From assembly GCA_951406725.2 (NCBI GenBank), contig OX597828.1:76818001-76882000 (forward strand): a DNA stretch of 64,000 nt. Reading direction: 5' to 3'. Position numbers and translations under genes: made by a program. The notes beneath the pieces were generated by a model that made no database searches, was not told the DNA's origin, and worked only from the letters and a program-made list of their open reading frames with translations. Positions 15,674 through 30,354 of this stretch are shown piece after piece. Origin of the DNA: Octopus vulgaris. Its lineage: Eukaryota. The first letter of the stretch is position 1; every line of letters starts with the position of its first letter.

Positions 15674-15888
15674 CTCTTTTACTCTTTTACTTGTTTCAGT
15701 CATTTGACTGCGGCCATGCTGGAGCACCGCCTTTAGTCGACCAAATCGACCCCGGGACTTATTCTTTGTAAGCCCAGTACTTATTCTATCGGTCTTTTTT
15801 GCCGAACCGCTAAGTAACGGGGACGTAAACACACCAGTATCGGTTGTCAAGCAATGCTAAGGAGACAAACACAGACACACAAACATAT

Positions 15889-15928
<40 letters not shown>

Positions 15929-16091
15929 GACAGGCTTCTTTCAGTTTCCGTCTACCAAATCCACTCACAAGGCATTGGTCGGCCCGGGGCTATAGCAGAA
16001 GACACTTGCCCAAGATGCCACGCAGTGGGACTGAACCCGGAACCATGTGGTTGGTTAGCAAGCTACTTACCACACAGCCACTCCTGCGCCT
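15673..16091 (-). mobile_element. full-length tRNA-derived SINE family A
   Basis: Minus strand begins GGCGCAGGAGTGGCTGTGTGGTAAG (A box) ...GGTTCAGTCCC (B box), has an internal (TA)/(TG) tract and ends in (GTAAAAGA)n; embedded in (TA)n. Confidence 0.9.
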
Positions 16092-16829
16092 ATATATATA
16101 TATAATATAATATAATAAAATATCATATATACATACATTCATATATGTGTGTATATTTGGGGATGACTAACTACTGTTTGAAATGTCACCAGAAAATTCT
16201 GCGAAATTTACCAAATTCTCTGGCATCTTAAAATATCAAATACAAGCGTGATTAAGTAGAGAGAATGCTTCCCAAAAATATCTAATGTCAAATGACACAT
16301 AATTGTGTTTATATATTTTCTAAATCCTCGCCCTGTTGCCTTTAATGATATTTATCTTAGTGACGTGAAAAGTATAATTAGTTGTTTAAACATCATACCT
16401 TAATATATATTTAATTAAGTACAATTAAACATGACAGATTACGGTAACAAAGAAAACACACAGAAACAAGAGTAGGGATAATTAAATAAGGATACATTGA
16501 CATAGTTTCATTGGAGAACGAAACGTTGGTGATATTTGGTTAATGTGAAATACTGACCACAATTAGTTAAAACTCGTCAGTTAAGAAACGAAGATGTATG
16601 TGGTTAGTGAGCAGGTTTTTGTAGTCACAGGGTTCACGTTTAAAACCACTGGGCAGGATCTTAGACATGTTTCACCTACTGAAATATCAGCTGAAGTAAT
16701 ACGTTATGTGTAGTTTCGTAGAGTGAAACTGCGCTGCATCCGGTCTAAAACATGCCATGTATTCTCCAAGACATTTCAGGATCACAATACATAAATACAC
16801 TGTAACACAGTTTCTTTCTCTTAACAAGC

Positions 16830-17224
16830 CGGAGTGGCTGTGTGGTAAGTAGCTTGCTTACCAACCACATGGTTCCGGGTTCATTTCCACTGGGTGGCAC
16901 CTTGGGCAAGTGTCTTCTACTATAGCCTCAAGCCAACCAAAGCCTTCTGAGTGGATTTGGTAAACGAAAACTGAAAAGAAGCCCGTGGTATATATGCATA
17001 TATATGTGTGTGTGTGTATATGTTTGTGTGTCTGGGTTTGTCCTCCCAACATCGCTTGACATCCGATTCTGGTGTGTTTACGTCCCTGTAAATTAGCGGT
17101 TCGGCAAAAGAGACCGACAGAATAAGTACTATGCTTCCAAAGAATATGTACTGGGTTAGATTTGCTCGACTAAAGGCGGTTCTCCAGCATGGCCGCAGTC
17201 AAATGACTGAAACAAGCAAAAGAG
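16830..17224 (+). mobile_element. tRNA-derived SINE family A
   Basis: Colinear with the 15673-16091 copy. Confidence 0.88.
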
Positions 17225-18619
17225 CTTTCTCCCAAGCATCTTAAAAGAAAAAGTTGTCTGGGAACAAACAATTGACTTCCTGCAGAAAGGTTTCGAGGAA
17301 CAACGAAGGGAGATAACTCGTAACAAATGTCAGGTAGCTTACACTTGTTTCATACTCTACCGTAATATAAGGGAAACGTGCCTAAAATTTTATTAGATAT
17401 TGTAACTTAGATAAGAAACGGTGGGATGGACATGGCAGGGTTGGTTCCGAAAATTCAGCTCAATTAGATTTCAACTCCGTGCTTAACAGCAGTCTTGTTG
17501 AATTTAGCATTTTGTGGGATGGGTGAAAATCTAATATATAATTGTGCTCTTTATATCTTTCAACTTCTTTTTCAGTTATTAGACTGAGGCCATGCTGCAG
17601 CACCGATTCGAAGAATTTTAGCTACACAAATTAATCACAGGACTTATTTCTGTAAATGTGGTAGTTTTAATATCCCACTTTCTGTTGACCCGCTATGTTA
17701 CGGGGGCGTAAAGGAAACAACAACGGTTATCAAGTGGAGGTGAGGATATAGTAAATATGCTTGCCCAAGATGCAGCTCAATGAGAGTGAACTTGAAATCA
17801 TGTAGTTGAGAAGCAAACTTATCAAACAGCCCCTGCCCCATATTTCTTTCTTTGTCTTTTGTCCTGAAGCGTCCCTATGTTGTAGATCAACAGCTGAAAA
17901 TAGCAACCAAATCTCCACCAACTTATATACTACCGCCATAAAATATAAATACACTTTATCTTAATACACACCGACCGTACGCAATGACTGAAAAAAAATA
18001 GGGTAATTCTAACGGAATTAACCTTAATAGCATACCTGCTCAATCATGCCAAACAACAGAATTATATCTTAGTCTCACATAATTGAACGAAACTGATTAG
18101 GATTCCAAATACCGAACTGCAAATTCGAAACTGGCAGCGCTCTCTATAACAATGGAATTAGTGGTAATTTTTTATAGTTATTTGGTGTTCAATAGCAGAG
18201 ACTAATGAGGGATATAGTTTGGTGTATGCCCTTTATTTACTGAATAGCTACAAGCTGTTACCCATAATTAGGGAATTAGTGGAAGGCTGATGATTATATG
18301 CTGTAGTTTACTCATTTGTGTCTGGAAATTAACTAAAATATATTGTTTCTTCCGAGCTTAAATCGGGTTAAATGAACCAGAGAATGCGTTGATGGCGACA
18401 GGTGAAAGCAATAACGTCAAGCGGAAGTGCGCCATGAGTTACATGGATCTCGTCTACCAAATCGAATAGCTTAACACACATTCCTTTTCAAACATCATTT
18501 GATAGGTATGTGTTTATGTATGCATATACGCATGTATGTATGTATGTATGTATGTATGTATGTATGTATGTATGTATGTATGTATGTATGTATGCATGTA
18601 TGTATGTATGTATGTGTAG

Positions 18620-19068
18620 ATACAAATGAATATAGTACTTAAGTTGAGGCACCAGAATTTAGTACGTTATTATCCATACAATTTCAAAATAAAGTGATTA
18701 AAATCAAAATAAGCAACAAGGATATCCAGAGGTAATGCTGTACGATCGTTTCAAGCAACTTCATTTAATTGAACAATGCAATCAATTCAACAATTTAAAT
18801 GCACAGCAATCCTCAGCTGCATAAAGACATAAAATTTGAATTAAAACAGATAGACACATTAGTATAACTTTACCTAAAATCTCCAAGAAGGTATTTCCTT
18901 ACCTTCTTGGAGATTTTAGGTAAAATTATACTAATGTGTCCTTATTTTTTAATTTAATTAAATTCTGTCTTGATGCAGCTAAGTATTGCTCTGCATTGTT
19001 CAATTAAATGGAGTTGCTTGAAACGATCGTACTGCATTACCTCTGGATGTCCTTGTTGCTTATTTTTA
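18620..19068. mobile_element. palindromic non-coding element with a hammerhead-like motif in each arm
   Basis: Arms 18706-18893 and 18900-19067 are reverse complements around a 6-nt spacer. Minus-strand arm reads ATGCAG-CTGAGGA-(long imperfect stem II)-GAAA-CGATCG-TA-CAGCAT. Plus arm has an intact stem I (ATGCAG/CTGCAT) but a decayed core (CTAAGTA). Flanked by (ATGT)n. Confidence 0.7.
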
Positions 19069-19091
19069 TGCATGTATGTATGTATGTTTAT

Positions 19092-19146
<55 letters not shown>

Positions 19147-19213
19147 TGTAAGGAAAATCGGTCAAAAGTCATAACGGAATACCAACGTTATGATTCTAAA
19201 ATTCTAATGTATA

Positions 19214-19287
<74 letters not shown>

Positions 19288-19849
19288 TGTGTCTGTGTGC
19301 GTGCGTGTGTAACACAAACACACTTTTATTGGAATTGAACTTCACAATCAAGGAGCTTTTACCTGTTACTCAAGCGTTTGTCAGACAGCTATAGTTATTC
19401 AAAAATGTCTGACTAACGGTTGCGGGAAACTGAATAACAATTGTAAAATTTTGTCAACCTCCATAAAACCACATTTCACTCTACTTTTAATGTTTTCATA
19501 TTCAAGCACGAGATTCTCCGTATTTTGCACCTATTTGCCCACATGTGTGTCTAAGTGTATATACTAAATACACTCATGGAGCATTAGTCGTCTCTGGGTT
19601 AAAGTAGAGGTCACGTTGCCGCTCACTTGGACTAAATCCAACACCACGGGATTGCAAATCGAGTTCTTAACCTCGTAGTAAAAGATATGACAGAAAATTA
19701 AATCACTGCTTCTGCATTCTTGGTAATGCTCTACCATTTCTATGAGGAGGTAAGACGTTTGAACTTAACGAAATCGTGTGTTTGAAGCCAAGGATGAAAA
19801 GTGCAATTTCTCCGTGCTTATCTGCCCTTCTGCGCCCTACCTCTCCTCA

Positions 19850-20095
19850 TCTTGCGCTGGAGATGAACAGCATCGTAGGACAGTTTTCTGGATATCGTAA
19901 ATGAATAAAATTAGCATTTTTTGTTGATTGTGCAACAGACCAAATCAGCAGGAGAGTAATGATTTCACGGTCATTTGTTTTTATCAGTAACGTCTTGCTA
20001 CCTTGAATTCTGACCGTTTTAGCAGAAGGCTCAGCGAATGATAACGACACTTCGTCCATATTATCAGCTGACGCTAATTCATAATTTGCTTCAGA
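19850..20095 (-). pseudogene. degenerate pogo/Tigger-family DDE transposase fragment
   Basis: Translation ..ADNMDEVSLSFAEPSAKTVRIQGSKTLLIKTNDRE resembles the pogo first-Asp block NMDE.PL.F.MP...TV...G.KT..IKT.G.E. Confidence 0.6.
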
Positions 20096-20884
20096 GATTG
20101 AACACGTATTTAGGAAATTTCATAATCTTTCTTTATATTCTTCGGAGAAATTCTGTATAAGCTTTTTTGTGTGTGTGTGCGTGCGTGCGCGCGCGCGTGT
20201 GTGTGTGTGTGTGTGTCCTGAACCTGTAACATCCACATTAAGGTCCAACTCATTCATCCATTTGGTCGTTTCCATTCTACTTGTCTCCTTGCCTCTCCAA
20301 TGATTATTTTTGTGGACACTTTATCCTACTACAATGTCTACCCACCCCACTGCATTTAACGTGATGAAGTCCATTGTGCGTTTCTTCTTCTTTTCTGTAT
20401 TTCCTCGATGTTTGCTTCATCATTGCACTATTCAATTCGTTGGTGATGGTCACAAAACAGAGACACACAGACAGCTGCGGTTAGTCACATGACTCACGAA
20501 ATAGCAATTAACTGACCTGGATATGAGATAGTTTTTAACAACAGAGGGAAACCAGCAGTAAACAATGTACACTGACCTTTGACATTCCGAGAAAGTGGAG
20601 GTGTCAAAGTAGTTATATAATTAAATAAATATGCTGGGTCATTTAGGTTATTACTAATGGCATTGCTCTTTGATTTCAGACATTGGCAGTTCAGAAAATT
20701 ACATTCGGGTGCTGGATATTTACAACATAACAGCTCTTCAATCTCTCTCTCCCTCTCTCCCCTTCTCTCTCTCTCCCTCACACACACACACAAACACGCA
20801 CAGACAAAAACACACATACACATAACTCTCTTTACTTTTCCCTTCAATTTTTTTGTCCAACTAGCTCCTGATTTGTTAATTCGT

Positions 20885-21092
20885 TTCTACTCTAGGTACA
20901 AGGCCCGAAAGTTAGGGGGGGGGCTAGTCAAGTGGATCGACACCGGTGTGCAACTGGTACTTAATTTATCGACCTCGAAAGGATGAAAGGCAAAGTCAAT
21001 CTAGGTGGAATTTGAACACAGAACCTAAAGACAGACGACACACCGCTAAGCATTTCGCCCGGCGAGCTAACGTTTCTGCCAGCACGCCGCCT
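20885..21092 (-). mobile_element. tRNA-derived SINE family B
   Basis: Minus strand starts GGCGGCGTGCTGGCAGAAACGTTAGC; family B core present. Confidence 0.85.
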
Positions 21093-21164
21093 CTCCAGGT
21101 TTGTTTATCATAATTGCTTTTGTATTACATTATATGTATATATACATACATGTATGTATATATA

Positions 21165-21216
<52 letters not shown>

Positions 21217-21851
21217 CATATATATATACATATATATATATACATATATATATTATATATATACATATATGTATTATATATATATGTGTGTGTGTGTGTA
21301 TAATATACATACATACATGCATACATACATACATACATACATACATACATACATACATACATGCATACATACATACATACATACATGCATGCATACATAC
21401 ATACATACATACATACATGCATACATGCATACATGCATACATACATACATACATATACATACATACATACATACATACATACATACATACATACATACAT
21501 ACATACATACATACGTACATATATATACATATATATTTATATTATGTATATATATTCATTCCATTACAAGAACAGAGTTGAGAATGAGTGATTTCGAAGT
21601 TGGCAGTTCGATGAAGACTTGCAAATCGAAACCTTGAAGTCACTCTCGCGTTTCTCCATGTAACAGGATAATGAAGATGTACTTTACAAACAGTATTGAG
21701 TTACTCTTTAGTTTCATCTAAAACCATTTTTATTATGACTCAATATTAAAAAAAAATACGCAGTTATAGGATGTAAGTATGTACGTATCTATATATATGT
21801 AAGTATATATGTATGTATGTATATATGTATGTATATATGTACGTATGTATA

Positions 21852-21885
21852 TATTAAGTTGGTGCATAATTATTGTGGCTTTTTT
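21852..21885 (+). mobile_element. solitary mariner-like TIR
   Basis: TATTAAGTTGGTGCATAATTATTGTGGCTTTT resembles Hsmar1/MADE-type TIR TTAGGTTGGTGCAAAAGTAATTGCGGTTTT; partner end not found. Confidence 0.4.
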
Positions 21886-23766
21886 TTTTTTGTCAAATTT
21901 TATTCAACAAAGCCGTTTTTCTCACGTGTTCTGGAACTTTTCGGTTTGAACGGCAGTTTTTAACATAATTTCTAGGTAACTAAAGCATTTTAAACTTCGT
22001 ATACTGGTAGAATATGTTAGCCACATTTTAGTGGCTACGTATTTATGTATATGTATATATTCGTTTTCTCATTAGATTTTTTCTTGTTTGCAGATACGTA
22101 AATATATTATTTTTAGGGATTCATTGTAACTTGATAAAACACACCATTGAAAAATAACTGAGAAAATATCTGCAACATGGCTGGGGTGTTCTGAGCGGGT
22201 GAAGGAGGTAGTTAAAAACTACGCAATGAGCTTCGTTGTGAATGATATGATCTGACATGGCGAATATTTATGGCACAATAAAACCGTTTGTGACAACCAG
22301 CTTGTTTGCAAAGAGCGGATATTTCAATGTAGGATTTGAAAGGGAAAGAAATCTCTGCTAAAAAATAGATGGATCTTCATTCCAATGAAATAAAAAAAAG
22401 TTCAAGCTTGAAAAAGAACTCACAGAATCCAGTCGCTGAAATAGATTGTTTAAAGGCACCGACTATGATCGAAAAGAACGAATATGAGACGAGAGAAGCT
22501 TGCGAGTTCGATCATATAAAATAGCCATTATATGTCTGGAAGAATCATTGACTGGGAGCGGATAGAGATTGACCTGTTCGTTTAGACATTAATCCTTTAA
22601 TCAAGTTCACGCTTAATCAGTTCAAAAGGTATGACACAGGTAAAAGAACTACAAAATACTTTCCAATTTTGACACAAGGCCAGCAATTTTGAGAGTAGAT
22701 GGCTTGTCGATGTAATCGAACCCTGCACTCAACTGGTCCTTTTTTTATTGGTCATTAAAGGGGTGATCTCGACGGCAGAGCGGAAGACAGAATTTTAACC
22801 AATTCTATAATTCTTATGAAGTTGAGTCAACGTCACGCTTCATTTCTTCTCCCTTCGCCTTCCTTTAATTCTCTCAGCCAGTAATCCAATCCACTTTCCT
22901 CAAACATCTTTCGTGATTTTACTTTTAAATCATATTTTCTTTTCCCCACTCCCTCCACCATGTCTCTTACGATTAACATCTATCCTCTCCCTTAATTCTT
23001 TTTGTATTTCTGTGAGTTTCTTTCTCTTCCCGCTTCTCTCCCTAACATTTCTCTCTTGTAATCTTGTTTCTGTATCAACAATATAAATGAAAGAAAACAC
23101 AGTAAAGAGATCGAACGAATATAAACACGAGTGGGCCCCAGATATAAAATATAGGGAGTAAAAAGACTGCTCAATCAATAACACTTAAGCAATTAATAGA
23201 AAAAACTTCCTCTGCGATGTTTAACAAAGACAAGGGAGATAAATCCAACGCGCCGAGTTGATTGAAATGTTCAAATATTCTAGTTTCTTTGAAAGCAACT
23301 GGTTAAAGTAATAGATGTGTTTCACGACAGGATTGGCATTGATTACAAAATATCGACAGAAAAATCAATAACGATGGACAAAAAATCAAATACAAAGAGA
23401 AACGAGGGACGTTCACTGCTACCAGAATGTCGACGCCTTGTCTTCATGTTTCAAGTTCAAATCCCACCAAGGCCGCATTTGCCTTTCATTTTTTCGGGAT
23501 CGATAAAGTAAGTCCTAACTGAGCTCATGGGTCGATGTAATCGACTTATTCACATCCACCAAACTTGCTGGCTTTGTGCCAGAATTTGAAACCGATGAGT
23601 GGGACAAAGTTATAAAGGGACAGGTATACAGTAAAAGTATGTTTCGAGCATAACCCTTCGTCTGATATACGGAGAAAACTGGGCGGAAGAGGAAAACGAA
23701 CGGAGTAAAAGAGAAAAGTCTGAGCCAAGAGAAAATGTATGTGGGTATCTTAAAATGTTCGAGCTA

Positions 23767-23806
<40 letters not shown>

Positions 23807-23854
23807 ATTCTCTCTCTTTCTCTATCGCATAACTTGCATCTAGAATGCCCTTTT

Positions 23855-24900
23855 ATAGATGTAGAATTATACAGTGATGACGGTCTTATCGTCACCCGTA
23901 CTATGAACGGCTATGAACTAGATAGACTCAGGAAGAATCTTATTACTTTCTTCCAGAGAATGTGCTTACGGATAACGATAGAAAGTAACTTTAAAGATGT
24001 TGACTTTTTTAGATATTAACTTAGATTTACAATTAGAAAAATTGAAACCCTACCGAAAGCCTAATGAAAAGCTGCTTTATATTAACAAAGAGTCTAATCA
24101 TCCACCCGTAATACTTAAGAATCTAGTTAGTATTACAGGAAGGCGCATATTGACTATATCTTCAGACAGGACAGCGTTTCAAAACGCCACGCCGTTTTAT
24201 AATAATGCATTAAAAAACATTCGCTTCTCGGAGAAGATCCAGAGTAGCCAAAACTTAACTAACAATAATAGAGCACGTAGGACTAGAACTAAGCAAGTTT
24301 TGTGGTTTAATCCGACATTTAACACTGCCGCAAAAATCATGCAGAACGCAGCAGGATATGGGTAGGGCATTTTGTAAACTAGTTTCTAAGCACTTTTAAG
24401 CGAACCGTAAGTTCCAAAGGATTTTTTTATAGAACTCTGAATGTCAGCTATTCTAGATGCAAGAACTTCGCCTCTTATTAACCAGCAGAACAAGAAAAGT
24501 TTTAGGAGTAACCAGAGTGCCAGCCATAATAATTAGAAGAATTGTAATTGTAAAGACCAAAGGAAAATGTCTCGAGAAAGGAATAGTATATAGTGCTAGG
24601 GTGCAAGACATATACAAGGGGCCACGGAAAATTCCTTCAAGACAAGACTATATTCCGATCGAAATTCAACGAATTTCACTAAAAATGTCTGGCAGTTGAA
24701 AGAAAATAACACTCATCCTTTTTAAATAGACTGGACAATCATGCAGAAAGCAGCAGGATATAAACATAGGGGCCCAATGAGGTGCAATTCAATTTGTGCC
24801 TCACTGAAAAATGTTGCCTCCTTTTCCAGGATAAATGCGCCCTGAACCAAGGTTGGAGATTTTAAATTCCTGTAGATACGCCAAAGAGTATAAAATGTCG
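23855..24900 (+). pseudogene. degenerate PLE (second family): RT C-terminal half and GIY-YIG region
   Basis: Frameshifted pieces LYSDDGL (YxDD), FLDINLDL..KPYRKPNEKLLYINKESNHPP, R.R...WFNP and GKCLEKGIVYSA are typical PLE RT-thumb/EN motifs. Confidence 0.85.
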
Positions 24901-25569
24901 ACCGAAAAATTACCGTACTTGTAACGTTGTTCTTCGCATTTGAATTCGATTTTCTTCACAAAAAACTGGAGCCATTTTGTCTAAAATTCATTTTTACATC
25001 TTCGCCTTTCAAGAAAACCTTCGACTGGATGTAAACTACATATTTTATCTTCATTATTTTATTGTAACTTTCCCTTTTAAACACACCTTTTATAACCACA
25101 TGAAAGTTTCCTTACAACGAATTTAGCCCAACGAATCTTTCAAAGTTGCTTTTGAATGCACACATAAAAAGGGAAAAAGGGAATCCACCATCGCCCAAAA
25201 TAGTGTTTTGTAGATATTGAACACCCGAATGGATTTTTTAATAATCTTTTTATTTATTTTTATTTATTATCTTATTTCTTTACTATTATTTCTTAACTAT
25301 TTTATTATAATTCTATTTATTTATCATTCTTATTATTCTGGTTAATAAGGCAGGAATGCTGAGAGAACGCAGAACATTTCTGTCTCGCTTTTGGCTAAAA
25401 TTTCACAGTTTTTTTTTTATTTTGAAACCTCTGTAATTTTTCCTCCAATTATTTTCTCCACAACATCGTAGCTTCATAGCAATGAGACTGGAAGACTACA
25501 TTAGTATAGCCGACTTTCAGATTTTTTTACTTCCTTTTAAAAAAATACATATTTTGCGAATCAGTGTGA

Positions 25570-26239
25570 CTAGATCCATTCTTCTTATTAAAGCCGCAAA
25601 ATATTGACAGCATGTCAACAGCAGCCACAACAAATACCAGCATCAAGATCGATAATGAAGAGATCGAAGTGGTTGATGATTTCATCTTCCTTGGCTCCAA
25701 AATAAATCGAGATGGTAACTGCACTCCAGAAATAAGACGGCGGATAGTACTAGGCAGAGAGGCAATGGTCAGCATGAGCAGGGTCTGGAAGAGTAGAGAC
25801 ATCAGACTCGCTACCAAATGCAGACTGGTGAATGCAATTGTCTTCCCAATAGCAACATATGGATGCGAGACCTGGACACTAAAGAAAGCTGACCAAAAGA
25901 GAATTAATGCATTCGAGCTTTGGTGTTGAAGACTTTTACGGATTCCATGGACAGCGAGGCTCACCAATGGAGAAGTTCTTAAGCAGATCAGGCCGAAAAT
26001 GTCACTAGAAGCTAGGATCACCAAGCATAGATTGGCATATTTTGGTCATATTATGAGGAGAAAATCCCTGGAGAAGGACATCATGCTCGGAATGGTCAGT
26101 GGCAAGAGGCCGGCCAAGAACCCGCTAGCTTGACACCATTAAGAGTGATACCGAAATGGACATGGCCAGTCTGAAGGAAGCGGCCCAGGATAGATCTAAC
26201 TGGAGGACACTAATCCAACGAGTAACCGAGAGTCGACTT

Positions 26240-26245
<6 letters not shown>
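25570..26245 (+). mobile_element. 5'-truncated RTE-clade LINE (RT C-terminal region, decayed)
   Basis: IEVVDDFIFLGSKI...EIRRRI.LG...YGCETWTLKKADQKRINAFELWC* then RLLRIPWTAR; ends at (AT)n. Confidence 0.9.
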
Positions 26246-26311
<66 letters not shown>

Positions 26312-26471
26312 TATATCCATACACAAACACACACAGACATATATACATACATAGAGAGAGAGAGGGTGACAGTCAGGCACACAAACTGAACGACAGAGTG
26401 AGGGATATATAATCAAGTATGTGTGTGGAGAGTAAGTATATTGGCAGAATGAACAATGAGCAATGAGACAA

Positions 26472-26509
<38 letters not shown>

Positions 26510-26849
26510 GGGAGAGAGAGAGAGAGAAGGGAGACAGGTAGATAGATTCGTGGATGGCTGCCTCGATAATATATTAGCCTAAGAGCAACAAACACCATGA
26601 AGGAGAAAGGCGGAGAAATTTGCGTCATTTATCACAAGTGACCTTCTTTCACAGTTTGACGTATGTCTGTGAACCAAACTTTCCGTGTGTTGACCTCGCC
26701 ACGACTCTAAGTACTTACTAACTCAGTATGTGTATGTTTGTATGTGTGTGTGTGTGCGTGTGTAGATACACACACACACACACACGTAAGCACGGTGTCA
26801 CATACCTATGAATTTAGTCACCTACAATACTCTATAACGGTGCTATACA

Positions 26850-26909
<60 letters not shown>

Positions 26910-27353
26910 TGTATGTATGTATCTATATACTTAATGTATGTATACATATATGAATATATAAATATACTTATGTACTTATATATATATATACATATATATT
27001 TACTGTATGTATATATATATTTATGATTACTGTATATATGTATATATCTACACCTACTGTATGTAAGTAGATATATATACACACACACATCCATACACAC
27101 ACATCCATACATACACGTACTCACGCACGTAAGTAGATGCTAAGGGAATGTCAAAGAGACATAGTGGTCATCATTTATCAAAATCAAACGAGTTTTATGA
27201 ACACCAATTACTTAGGTTTTAACTGCGTGTATAAATATATATATACACTCAAGTATTGATATGTGTATATTTGTGAGTGAATTCGTTGAGTGTGTCTGAG
27301 AGTAACAATAACAATCAATTGTGAATTTTCAAGTAAAATTTAAAGGTAACGTT

Positions 27354-27418
<65 letters not shown>

Positions 27419-28170
27419 CGGTAGGCTGCTGCCTCTAGCCAGACTGTTATCCAGTACTGAAGAGGGGAAAATACCCAGAAACCATTGGTCTCCGGGTACT
27501 GCCAACTGCTATAAGAAAGTAAAGGCTTGAAGGGAGAAGATTATGTGTCGATAAACCAGCTGGAAAAGATGTTTCCTTGGAGTTAAAAAGTAGTGACGTA
27601 GTCTTCGTGACTGTCACGCTATGTTGGCAAATAGGCTTTGCTATTCAATACTATTATTACATATGTCTCAGTCAGAGATTTGAAACTAGTTGCTTCGATA
27701 AGTATATAACTTCAGTTCATCTGGCTGCTGTCTCTAGCCAGGCGGTTGTCGCGTTAGGCTCGTAAATATATTTGACCATCGAAACGCGGAGTATTTAAAC
27801 CAAGGGACAACCGACGAAGGGATTGTTCTTTACGTTGCCTCTCTAGTTTCTCTATTTGTTTCTTTCGTTGTTCGACAAAAATTCGTTTTCCATCTTTATG
27901 TTTTTCCTGTTATCGTTTTTCATGTTGTTCACGTTTTGCTGACGTTCTGTATCCATATATGCATGTGTATATACATATATATGTAGGTACGTACATATAA
28001 GCATGCATATATGCATATATATATATATAATTTATATTATTATATGATCGAACGCCACGCATCCATTTCCAAGTAAGTTATATTTATCTCTCTATGGCCA
28101 CAGCTCGTGAGCTGAAACTAGATAAAATGAAAAAAAAAACGATATATTATATATATATAATGATGATGAT

Positions 28171-28221
<51 letters not shown>

Positions 28222-28637
28222 CATACATGCATACATACACACACATACATACATACACACATACATACATACATACATACATACATACATACATACATAC
28301 ATACATACATACATACATACATACATACAAGCATGTATGAGTACAAGACGTCAGCAACGAGAAAAAAATTATTGAAAACAGGACAAGTTAACAGAGAGAA
28401 AGGAGCCTTTATCAGTTGTCGACTGTCAATCTACTCCCCATTTCGAGCATTCATATGCACACACACACACACACACGCTCTCTCTCTCTCTCTCTCTCTC
28501 AATCTCTCCCCCCCCACACACACACACAGACACACACAGACACACAGAGTAAATGAATCCACATGTATTCATATCCTTCAACACAAACATTGATAGATGT
28601 GGCAGTGGACATATCAACTGATGCCAGGTTTCCGAAT

Positions 28638-28935
28638 ATTCTTTTATTCTTTTACTTGCTTCAGTCATTTGACTGCGGCCAAGCTGGAGCACCACCTTTA
28701 GTCAAACAAATCGACTCCAGGACCTATTCTTTGTGAGCCTAGTACCTATTCTATCGGCCCTTTTACCGAGCCACCAAATTAGGAGACGTAAACACACGAA
28801 TATCGGTTGTCAAGCGATGGTGGTGAAAGAAACACAGACACACAACCACTCATACATAAGTAGCCTGTCGTATATATATATATGACAGTTTTCTTTCCGT
28901 TTCCGTCTATGAGATCCACTCACAAGGCTTCGGTC
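28638..28935 (-). mobile_element. SINE family A (partial)
   Basis: Homology to 15673-16091. Confidence 0.75.
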
Positions 28936-28964
28936 TTTAATAATTCCACGTCAAACTTTGTTGA

Positions 28965-29402
28965 TATTGGTTTCAAATTTTGGTATATGACTAGTTGCTC
29001 TGGAGGAGAGGTAAGTCATTTAAAGCACCACCCATACTTGATTGGTACATATTTTATCACCCCTACCCCCGAGAGGAGAAAGGCAATGTCGACCACGGAG
29101 GAATAGAACGTAGACCGTTAAAATTGATAAAATGTCGCTAATAATTTTGTCCGGACGGGCTAACGATTCTGAGAGCTCACGACATATAAAATTGTATGTA
29201 TTGGGTTCAAATTTCGGTACAGAGTCGAGAGGTAAGAATAAATCGACTACAACGACCCAGTCCTCAACAGGCACTTATTTTATTGACTTCGAAAGAATAA
29301 AATGAAAGCCGACCTCGGCCGAATTTGAACTTAGAACGTAAAGAGTTATGCATATCATGTGGTGTGCTAATGTTTCCACGATTCTTCTAGTTCACCGCCT
29401 TT
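28965..29402 (-). mobile_element. two degenerate SINE family B copies
   Basis: Two successive decayed matches to the family B core. Confidence 0.6.
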
Positions 29403-29641
29403 GAAGTCGTATATATTGAGAGTTTATAAAGTGGAACGATGTTTTTATTAAAATGTTAAAATCATGTATCACAAACAGTTAGTACACGGTTTCAAACACA
29501 AGGAAAAATAGAAAAAAGTATGATTCTTTCACGACTAAATTTGTTTTTACGTCTAAAATATCCAGATTGTTTGCCCAATGCCTCTCGTTGTATATATGTA
29601 TGTGTATAATATATATGCATATATAGATGTATTCATGCATG

Positions 29642-29775
<134 letters not shown>

Positions 29776-29780
29776 CATAC

Positions 29781-29842
<62 letters not shown>

Positions 29843-30281
29843 GTATACATACGCTCACACGCAGAAACATTGTTTAAAAATTAACAATGCAGTTTTGCAG
29901 AGCATAATTCATTTAAATGTGAAACGACGAAAGAATAAATTAGTTTCCATCTTCTCTGACATTTGAAACCGTGTACTGACATTTGAATCTTAGATTTTTC
30001 TTTTATTTAATGAGGAGTTTTTATAACCCCAGCGTTCCAAATACTCACACAAAGACAGACAGGCAGACAGACAGATTGAAAGATAGATAGATAGATAAGC
30101 AGATAGATAGATTGTGTAAGTGTGTATATGTGTAAGTGTGTGTGTGTGTGTGGGGGGGGGGTTCTTTGTATGTTTGCCTATGGAGATTTGAAGCCAGTTA
30201 CTAAGAAATTGGCAAAGCTGTTTTGTTTTTAGTGATGACAGCTTTTGGTGCCTGTGTATAAATGAATTAGATTGTATGTAC

Positions 30282-30354
<73 letters not shown>

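Noticed and set aside
27775-28455. GAAA...C(T/C)GA(C/T)GA order suggesting a type II hammerhead (also ~12545-12580)
   Set aside because: A repeat family is evident, but stems I-III could not be paired in any copy.
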